NCBI GenBank assembly: GCA_964607105.1
Contig: CAZSJH010000002.1
Coordinates: forward strand, 1-43,115
DNA length: 43,115 bases
DNA from: an uncultured Rikenellaceae bacterium
Lineage (GTDB): Bacteria > Bacteroidota > Bacteroidia > Bacteroidales > VadinHA17
Direction: 5' to 3'
The position numbers and the translations under genes were made by a program. Positions 37,127 to 43,115 of the stretch are shown here, in pieces (position 1 is the stretch's first letter; the number at the start of each line of letters is the position of its first letter). The notes beneath the pieces were generated by a model that worked only from the letters and a program-made list of their open reading frames with translations, was not told where the DNA came from and ran no database searches.

Positions 37127-37267
37127 GTATTGTCAGCCCTCATAGGGCCTGGCATTAAAATTTAACAATGTACTATTTTTAACGAAGGAGGGTAATTTTT
37201 GTTGCTTTTACCCGGTGGCAAAAATACAATTATTTTTTATTTCAGCTAAGGATCTCATAAATATTAT

Positions 37268-37300
37268 AAAAAAAACCGCCTGAGATCAGACGGCTTTTTT
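37268..37300 (-). terminator. Rho-independent terminator ending the minus-strand ACP-asnB-nadE-adenylase operon (flanked by an A8 run and a T6 run, so weakly bidirectional)
   Basis: Plus strand reads AAAAAAAA-CCGCCTGAGATCAGACGG-C-TTTTTT. On the minus-strand RNA the stem CCGUCUG/CAGGCGG has 7 bp including one G.U pair, with a 4-nt loop, followed by U8. On the plus-strand RNA the same position is a C.A mismatch, which favours minus-strand function. Confidence 0.6.
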
Positions 37301-37608
37301 AAAAATCACTTCATATTGTCAATCCATTATCTCATCATAATATATTTCAAAGGTTCTGACAGGTGAAGCGCCCATTGGTGACTTCCACATCAAGACCCTC
37401 GGGGAAAGCATCTTCAGGGGAATGGCCGTCTTTATTTTTGATGAGAATGGTTAAAAAAATGATGAAATTAGTTATTCAAGATATGAAAGGTCATTTAGCC
37501 ATGCTAATGGTAAATATTGATTGTTGCCTACTAATTTAACTTAATATTGAGTTCCCTGTTGACGACAGTTAACGTAACATATTAAAGATCCTTTACCATG
37601 CCCGGATT

Positions 37609-39063
37609 TTATTTCTTTTTAATCTTCTTACCTGTTGCTGTAATGGTCAGTTTATACTTGAGCTCCCAGACGCCAGGAACCTTAAATAACGCCAGGTGTT
37701 CTGAACAATGCTGTTTAATTGATTCTTCTGTCAAAGAATCTTTATGCTCTTCTCGTACAACAACGGTTGCTTTCAGCCTTTCCCCTTCGATCTCATCTTC
37801 AATGCCTGTAATTGTGCAGTCTATTATACCGGGGATTGCCAGTATTACTGCTTCAATTTCTTTTGGGCTGACGCGTTTTCCTCTTACTTTTATGATTTCT
37901 TTTGACCTTGCAGTCAGGTAGATATAACCGTCCTCGTCCACTGTTCCAAGGTCTCCCGTATGGAGCCACCCGTTTCTTAGGGTTTTACTTGTTCCCTCTT
38001 CGTCATGGAAATAACCTTTCATTACATTATCGCCACGTGCAATAACTTCACCTATTTCACCGGGTTTTATTTTCTTTCCTTCCTCGTTTACCACTATTAA
38101 TTCTACCCCCGGTATACCTCTTCCCATTGATCCTCTCCTTTCATCAAGCAATTCTGGCGGCAGCCATGATAACCTGGCGGTGGCTTCTGTCTGGCCGTAC
38201 ATCACAATAAATCTGATCTCCGGGTGCGCTTCCCTGAACTCATCCATGAATATTGTAGCCAGCTTACCTCCTGCCTGTGTAACATACTTAAGGTCAGGAA
38301 AATGTGTTTTCTTAAAAGTGTCTGACTTTCTCAGGAGTATCTGGAAATGACTTGGTATTCCTGCGAAGCCTGTGCATTTATATTCAAGAAGATCCTGAAT
38401 TACTTTACCGAGGAAAATAAATGAATTATTGAATACTATTGAGCCTCCAACCCTTAGATGAGTATGGAGTAGAGATAAGCCATAACAATAATAGAATGGC
38501 AGCACGACAAGCATTCTGTCATCAGGGGTTAACTCTAGGTATTCAACAATTGAACTGGTGTTGGCAATCAGATTCTTATGAGAGATCATAACACCTTTTG
38601 GTTCTCCTGTTGAGCCTGAGGTGAATATTATCTCAGCACATTCTTCAATATCAGTATCTTGATTTAATTCAGAAGCTTCATGACTATCAATGTTTTCAAT
38701 ATCAGGTGGCAGGGTACAGCGGTAGTTATCAAGAGCCAGTCTGTTCCTGATATTTTCTGTTACCATGATCATTGACGGTTCGGTTAACCCGGCAATATAA
38801 TCAAAATTACCCTTCTCAATATTCGGATCAAGCGGGATGCACACATTTCCTGACTTTATTACAGACAGGTATGTCTTAAGCATAAAGAGATTGTTAACTG
38901 ACAGGATAATTATGTTTTTATCGGTTCCATTTTCTTTTCTTATCCATGATGCCAGATCGAGGCATTCGTTATAAAGGTCTTTGTATGCAATTTCCTCATT
39001 GCCAATCAGGAAAGGCTTTTCGAGGCTGGAAGTATTTTCAAAAAAGTAATCAAATGCGTTCAT
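37609..39063 (-). CDS. Stand-alone ANL-superfamily adenylating enzyme (DltA/NRPS A-domain-like acyl- or aminoacyl-carrier-protein ligase)
   Basis: Core motifs are present: IFTSGSTGEPKGV (A3), YGQTEAT (A5), LHTGDLG (A7), ARSKEIIKVRGKRVSPKEIE (A8), and a C-terminal TGKKIKK (A10 Lys). Confidence 0.85.
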   Translation of the reverse strand: MNAFDYFFENTSSLEKPFLIGNEEIAYKDLYNECLDLASWIRKENGTDKNIIILSVNNLFMLKTYLSVIKSGNVCIPLDPNIEKGNFDYIAGLTEPSMIMVTENIRNRLALDNYRCTLPPDIENIDSHEASELNQDTDIEECAEIIFTSGSTGEPKGVMISHKNLIANTSSIVEYLELTPDDRMLVVLPFYYCYGLSLLHTHLRVGGSIVFNNSFIFLGKVIQDLLEYKCTGFAGIPSHFQILLRKSDTFKKTHFPDLKYVTQAGGKLATIFMDEFREAHPEIRFIVMYGQTEATARLSWLPPELLDERRGSMGRGIPGVELIVVNEEGKKIKPGEIGEVIARGDNVMKGYFHDEEGTSKTLRNGWLHTGDLGTVDEDGYIYLTARSKEIIKVRGKRVSPKEIEAVILAIPGIIDCTITGIEDEIEGERLKATVVVREEHKDSLTEESIKQHCSEHLALFKVPGVWELKYKLTITATGKKIKKK

Positions 39064-39094
39064 AATGTTTATTTTTCTTATATTATGTCTTAAT

Positions 39095-39180
39095 GAGGCT
39101 CAAAGCCTTTCGTCTTTAATGGTGTTTTTATTTATAATGTTACTGTAAAAACTTCTTTTCAGGCGCAAAGCCTTGCGCCT
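39095..39180. repeat. GC-rich palindromic element: one perfect copy AGGCGCAAAGCCTTGCGCCT (39161..39180) and one degenerate copy GAGGCTCAAAGCCTTTCGTCT (39095..39115)
   Basis: 8-bp stem AGGCGCAA/TTGCGCCT with a 4-nt loop. The identical 20-mer recurs at 40319..40338. Confidence 0.8.
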
Positions 39181-39193
39181 CTACAATTACCTC

Positions 39194-39235
39194 TATACTT
39201 TATACTTTATACTTTTTACTTTTATCTTTTGTCTT
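39194..39235. repeat. Degenerating 7-nt tandem repeat (TATACTT x3, then TTTACTT, TTATCTT, TTGTCTT)
   Basis: Read directly from the sequence. It lies between the stop of the nadE-like gene and the palindromic element. Confidence 0.8.
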
Positions 39236-39279
39236 TACTTTATTATATCTTCGTCCGCCGACTTTGATCTGATAAAATC

Positions 39280-40269
39280 CTATATACCATAATAATCTCT
39301 TATCGGTGCCATCCTCAGGTACTCTGTTGTTTTCCTCTTTCTTTCAAAGTTAATGAACAAAGCTTTTATTCGTTCCTCTGTCTCACCCATCACCTCAGCG
39401 ATCTCTGCAGGAGCATATCCATTCTCAAATCCATACCAGTAAATATCCATCTGGTCAAAAGGCAGCTGGAAGAAGAATTCTTCCTGTGTTTGTTCAGCTG
39501 AGTATGTGTCTGTGGTTGGTGTTCTGTCAATTATTTCTTTAGGTACACCCAGGTATTCTGCAAGCTGGTAGACCTGTGTTTTATAAAGATTGCCAATGGG
39601 CATAATGTCTGCACCCCCATCTCCATACTTAACGAAGAACCCCTGTTCCTGCTCATGTTTGTTAGGTGTCCCGATAACTGCATAATGAAGGTTCTCAGCA
39701 TGGTAATAGATCATGGACATCCTTGTTCGCTGTTTGAAATTTGATGCGGCAACAATCTGAAGGTATTCATTTACGGGCAGGTGCTTTTCTTTACTGTTAC
39801 CTTTACCATCAACTATTGTTAAGGTGAATATTGGGGGTAGTTTGGAGAAAAGGCCACTTTGTTTTATACCAATCTTCATTGTATATGTCTGAGGATCATA
39901 TTCAGGGAAGACATTTTTTACAGCCTCATCACGTCGTTCATAACACCTGAAACCTGAGAGGGCAGAGGTTATTACCTCCTTGATTGCTTTTACACCAAAT
40001 GTTTTAGCAAGATCCCCTGCCAGCTTTTCGCTGTCGGGGGAAGAGTCTTTTTCTGGTAACATGATACCCAGGACATTTTCAGGGCCAAAAGCTTTTACAG
40101 CAAGTGCAAAGCAAACGGAAGAGTCTATACCCCCGCTTATTCCCACAACCCCTCCTTTTCTTCTTAACTTATTCAAGACATCCTCCTGCATCTTTTTTAC
40201 TATACTGTTCACAACGTTCTCAAGGTTGTCCAGTAAGATACTGTCTTTTGAGAAAGGTTTTTTATTCAT
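39280..40269 (-). CDS. nadE: NAD+ synthetase (NadE)-family PP-loop amidoligase
   Basis: GGVVGISGGIDSSVCFALAV (PP-loop), NFKQRTRMSMIYYHAE, IGTPNKHEQEQGFFVKYGDGGADIMPIGNLYKTQVY. I prefer the ATG at 40269 (MNKKPF...). The track start at 40326 is a TTG inside the palindromic element. Confidence 0.8.
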   Translation of the reverse strand: MNKKPFSKDSILLDNLENVVNSIVKKMQEDVLNKLRRKGGVVGISGGIDSSVCFALAVKAFGPENVLGIMLPEKDSSPDSEKLAGDLAKTFGVKAIKEVITSALSGFRCYERRDEAVKNVFPEYDPQTYTMKIGIKQSGLFSKLPPIFTLTIVDGKGNSKEKHLPVNEYLQIVAASNFKQRTRMSMIYYHAENLHYAVIGTPNKHEQEQGFFVKYGDGGADIMPIGNLYKTQVYQLAEYLGVPKEIIDRTPTTDTYSAEQTQEEFFFQLPFDQMDIYWYGFENGYAPAEIAEVMGETEERIKALFINFERKRKTTEYLRMAPIRDYYGI

Positions 40270-40318
40270 GATTTCATATCTTTCAAATTCAGCATAAATT
40301 TCAAATTTTATTTTTGTG

Positions 40319-40366
40319 AGGCGCAAAGCCTTGCGCCTCTATTTTAGACGCGCTACTAGCGCGTCT
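40319..40366. repeat. Two adjacent GC-rich palindromes: AGGCGCAAAGCCTTGCGCCT (40319..40338, identical to 39161..39180) and AGACGCGCTACTAGCGCGTCT (40346..40366)
   Basis: Read directly from the sequence. Each is followed by CTCTA(C/T), as at 39181. Confidence 0.8.
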
Positions 40367-40378
40367 CTACGATTTTCT

Positions 40379-40410
40379 ATTATTCCATTATTCCATTATT
40401 CCATTATTTC
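40379..40410. repeat. 8-nt tandem repeat ATTATTCC x3 plus a degenerate fourth unit ATTATTTC
   Basis: Read directly from the sequence. It lies between the asnB stop and the palindromes, the same layout as 39194..39235. Confidence 0.8.
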
Positions 40411-40433
40411 ATGAATATTACATCCCCCTGGCC

Positions 40434-42428
40434 TCACTTCGTGCGACCTTCCCCTTTCAAAGGGGCATCCTCAATAATCCTTAGATTTTTAAGTTCAGGC
40501 CCTTCATATTCTGCATTGCATCCCTGGATGAACTGGTAATGCAGCAGATGGGTGGATATTACTGCTGCCAGTACCATATTATCCATTTCGGATACATTTC
40601 CTGTTTTTTTTATTTTATTTAGTATAGCAGAAATGGACTCAAAGTCAAAAACGCCTGCATTCCTTGTATAGCTTTCAGACAACATGTCTCTGGCATAAAC
40701 AGGAGTATTTTCGTTGAGGAATACGCTGCTGATAGGAGCACGGTAAGGTTGCTTGGGTCTTTTGATTATGCTTTCGGGTATCCTGTTTTCCATCAGTTTC
40801 TTCAGTAAGAATTTTTCATTCAATCCCCTCAATTTATATTTTGCAGGCAGCCCGGCACAAAACTCGATAAGCCTGTGATCAAGGAAAGGATATCTTCCCT
40901 CGACGGAGTTTGCCATTGCCATCCTGTCTCCCTGAGATGAAAGGAGGTACCCCGACATAAATACAGTTGTCTCAATCCACTGGGCTTTAGCGAGTGAATC
41001 CCATGTGTCATAAGCAGCAGGAAGTTTGTTTGCTAGATTATCAAAAGGGTCGTAGTTTTTAAGATCTTCTTTGATATCAACCGAGAAATGTTTCTTAATA
41101 TGGTTTGAATTGTTCCATCTCAATAAGTGGGAGTAAAACGGGTTATTTACATCCTCAAGCTTATATCCAAAAAACATTTTAAGGATGTTAGGGCTTGCAT
41201 TTCTAAGGTGAGGTATATCAGGGTAGATTCTTTTCAACAGAAGGGGCCTCATTGCTGAGTCAGGTTGTCTGGCCCAGAATCTCCTAATTTCCGCCTCCCT
41301 GAAAATATCGTAACCGGCAAGCATTTCGTCTGACCCTTCACCTGTTATCACTACCTTAATATCATTGTTCCGTACCAGCCCGGATAGTATCATCATTGGT
41401 GTCGGGGCAGTTCTTGTAACAGGTGTCTCAGAATGCCAAACCACCTTCGGAAAATTAATTGAAATATCACTGGCAGAACAATTTATGGATTTATGGTTCG
41501 TATCGAGGAATTTTACAGCCTCCTCCTGGTAGCTGCTTTCGTCGAAGACCTTGTCTTCAAATCCAATAGAAAAGGTGTTCAATACACCTGGTTCAATTTC
41601 CTTAATATATGCTACAGTGGCGCTGGAGTCGATACCTCCGCTCAGATAAGCTGCTACCTCTACATCTGCTCTTAACCTTAACCTGACGGCACTGATTAAT
41701 AACTCATTTAATCTTTCCCTGGCATCATCAAACGAAAGATTATCGTACCTGCTGCCAAAACTTAATTCCCAGTATTTTTTAACTTTCAGCCCGTTTCGCT
41801 TATAAATAAGGTAATGTCCGGGAGAGAGTTCATATATATTCCTGAAGGCTGTATCAGGACTTATTGTGGTCCAGAAGGTATAGATCTGTGACAGGCTTTC
41901 AGTATTGAACTCCCGCGAAACAGATTTTTGTTGAAAAATGGCTTTTATTTCAGAAGCAAATGAAAATACTCCATCAGTTATATTATAGAATAATGGCCTG
42001 ATACCAACTCTGTCTCGGGCAATAAAGAGTTCTTCTTTTTGTTTATCCCAGATAGCAAATGCAAACTGACCATTTAGTAACTGGAGGCAATTTTTCCCAT
42101 AAGCAGCATAAAGCTTAACCAGTACCTCTGTATCTGACTGGGTTTTAAAAGAGTCACCTTTTTTTTCCAGCTCTGAGCGGAGTTCTTTATAATTAAAGAT
42201 TTCACCGTTAAATACTATCCAGAATCTACCTGTGGAATCTGATAAAGGTTGCTGTCCACCAGTAATGTCAATTATAGATAGCCGTACATTCCCTATGCTT
42301 GCGTAAGGTGAATGGTAAATTCCGCTTTCATCGGGTCCTCGAAAACTGATAGACTGGAGCATTGATTTAATCATAACTGCGCTGTTTGCACTGCCCCTAA
42401 AGTCTAGTATACCGGCTATTCCGCACAT
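40434..42428 (-). CDS. asnB: Asparagine synthase (glutamine-hydrolysing) family amidotransferase, complete two-domain form (WbpS-type context)
   Basis: MCGIAGI N-terminal nucleophile Cys2, RGPDESG, NGEIFNY, ARDRVGIRPLFY, and the PP-loop AAYLSGGIDSS. Confidence 0.9.
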   Translation of the reverse strand: MCGIAGILDFRGSANSAVMIKSMLQSISFRGPDESGIYHSPYASIGNVRLSIIDITGGQQPLSDSTGRFWIVFNGEIFNYKELRSELEKKGDSFKTQSDTEVLVKLYAAYGKNCLQLLNGQFAFAIWDKQKEELFIARDRVGIRPLFYNITDGVFSFASEIKAIFQQKSVSREFNTESLSQIYTFWTTISPDTAFRNIYELSPGHYLIYKRNGLKVKKYWELSFGSRYDNLSFDDARERLNELLISAVRLRLRADVEVAAYLSGGIDSSATVAYIKEIEPGVLNTFSIGFEDKVFDESSYQEEAVKFLDTNHKSINCSASDISINFPKVVWHSETPVTRTAPTPMMILSGLVRNNDIKVVITGEGSDEMLAGYDIFREAEIRRFWARQPDSAMRPLLLKRIYPDIPHLRNASPNILKMFFGYKLEDVNNPFYSHLLRWNNSNHIKKHFSVDIKEDLKNYDPFDNLANKLPAAYDTWDSLAKAQWIETTVFMSGYLLSSQGDRMAMANSVEGRYPFLDHRLIEFCAGLPAKYKLRGLNEKFLLKKLMENRIPESIIKRPKQPYRAPISSVFLNENTPVYARDMLSESYTRNAGVFDFESISAILNKIKKTGNVSEMDNMVLAAVISTHLLHYQFIQGCNAEYEGPELKNLRIIEDAPLKGEGRTK

Positions 42429-42688
42429 TACGCTACCTGTAATTTCCGGGATATAAAACCTGTAATTGCATTTATTGATTCAAAATTTTCTTCTATAAGG
42501 TCTTCATCACCGGTTTTAATATTAAACTCTTCTTCCAGAAAAGATATCAAAGTTATGAATCCCATAGAATCAAAGAATCCTTCTTTGAAGACCAGTGTGT
42601 CATTTTGAATTTTTTCTTTTTCAGCATGTACTGAGTCAAGGATATAAGATTTTACTTTTCCCTTTATTGGATTTATATTATCATTCAT
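42428..42688 (-). CDS. Acyl/peptidyl carrier protein
   Basis: 86 aa with the FFDSMGFITLISFLEEEF phosphopantetheine-attachment Ser motif. Its stop overlaps the asnB start (TAATG). Confidence 0.8.
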   Translation of the reverse strand: MNDNINPIKGKVKSYILDSVHAEKEKIQNDTLVFKEGFFDSMGFITLISFLEEEFNIKTGDEDLIEENFESINAITGFISRKLQVA

Positions 42689-42742
42689 AGTTTTTTTTCA
42701 GATATTGTTATTGACTTCACAAAAATTTAACTTGATATATAT

Positions 42743-43115
42743 TTATATTGTATTTTTCTTATTAAATGATTTAGATTTCTTATAATAGCCATGATATCTC
42801 CCGTAACGACTTTCCTTTATCTCATAATCATTATAAACAACATCGAAATTTTCCATTCTGTGTGAACGAAAGAAGTTCAGGACGCTGATAAATATATCCT
42901 TTCTTGTATGATTATTCCTGCAAACGACCAGGTTAAGGGAAGCGTATTTCATCAGCAGGGCTGCATCAGCTACCAGTCCTGAAGGTGTAGTATCTATAAT
43001 TATGTACTCGTACTTATCTTCAAGGTTCTGAATTAATTCATCAAGAGCGCCTGATTCTATAAGTTCCGAAGAATTTGGCAAAACGGGGCCGGATGGTATA
43101 AAATGGAGCTTATCA
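42743..43115 (-). CDS. wzc: C-terminal part of a BY-kinase / polysaccharide co-polymerase (Wzc/Ptk-type tyrosine autokinase); the 5' end lies outside the window
   Basis: The frame stays open to the right window edge. Hand translation of 43082..43114 gives DKLHFIPSGPV, which continues into LPNSSELIESG...YIIIDTTPSGLVADAALL (Walker B-like DTxP). The tail is Tyr-rich: RYGRYHGYYKK. Confidence 0.8.
   Translation of the reverse strand, partial: DKLHFIPSGPVLPNSSELIESGALDELIQNLEDKYEYIIIDTTPSGLVADAALLMKYASLNLVVCRNNHTRKDIFISVLNFFRSHRMENFDVVYNDYEIKESRYGRYHGYYKKSKSFNKKNTI

Noticed and set aside
37219-37226. Bacteroidota-type -7 promoter element (TATTTTTG on the minus strand) upstream of the T9SS protein gene
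   Set aside because: It is a single 8-nt motif match with no convincing -33 TTTG partner, so it is not strong enough to list as a feature. It is mentioned only under the gap finding.
37350-37475. 42-codon open frame on the minus strand (ITNFIIFLTILIKNKDGHSPEDAFPEGLDVEVTNGRFTCQNL)
   Set aside because: It is bounded upstream by an in-frame TGA and has no ATG/GTG/TTG start near its 5' end. I see no family resemblance. At most it is a gene remnant.
37598-37921. 107-aa plus-strand ORF at the end of the adenylase gene
   Set aside because: It is antisense to the conserved A8-A10 region of the ANL enzyme. It is hydrophobic and low-complexity, with no independent support.
39194-40410. Short tandem repeats as a possible CRISPR array
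   Set aside because: The units are only 7-8 nt, directly abutting with no spacers, present in 4-6 copies, and no cas genes are in the window. This is not a CRISPR array.
1-43115. Mobile elements, invertible promoters, tRNA/rRNA genes, defence systems
   Set aside because: I found no transposase, integrase or recombinase ORFs. I found no long terminal inverted repeats bracketing an intergenic promoter region, no tRNA-like cloverleaf candidates in the short intergenic gaps, and no nuclease, helicase or methylase signatures. I have no evidence to report for any of these.

Overview
This window is an AT-rich surface-polysaccharide (capsule or O-antigen) biosynthesis locus of the Wzx/Wzy-dependent type. 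It is probably from a member of the Bacteroidota, because one encoded protein ends in a T9SS C-terminal sorting domain. About 29 tightly packed plus-strand genes (5..34633) form an apparent single operon, with many 1-8 nt start/stop overlaps. They converge on a minus-strand T9SS-secreted beta-helix protein (34637..37126) and on a minus-strand operon wzc(partial)-ACP-asnB-nadE-like-adenylase (43115..37609). The standard parts are a CapD-type 4,6-dehydratase, a PglC-like initiating transferase, a DegT aminotransferase, an LbH acetyltransferase, four intact GT-B glycosyltransferases, a Wzy-like polymerase and a BY-kinase. The unusual part is the number of ATP-dependent carboxylate-activating or amide-forming enzymes: five ATP-grasp proteins, three AsnB-family PP-loop enzymes (two without the glutaminase Cys), a NadE-like enzyme, and an ANL adenylase with its own carrier protein. 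These sit alongside a CapA-family protein, two divergent CE4-like proteins, a NodB deacetylase and a GNAT. My main hypothesis is an uncharacterised pathway that decorates a glycan repeat unit with several amide-linked amino acids, a short peptide, or amidated uronic acids. Other points of interest are an old tandem duplication (wzx / AsnB-like / GT) that leaves two flippases and one decayed GT pseudogene, and a repeated GC-rich palindrome plus short tandem repeats on both sides of the nadE-like gene. There is also a bi-domain oxidoreductase / heparinase II/III-like / WbuB-like cassette. I saw no rRNA, tRNA, CRISPR array, transposase or integrase. All calls come from motif reading by eye; no database search was run.
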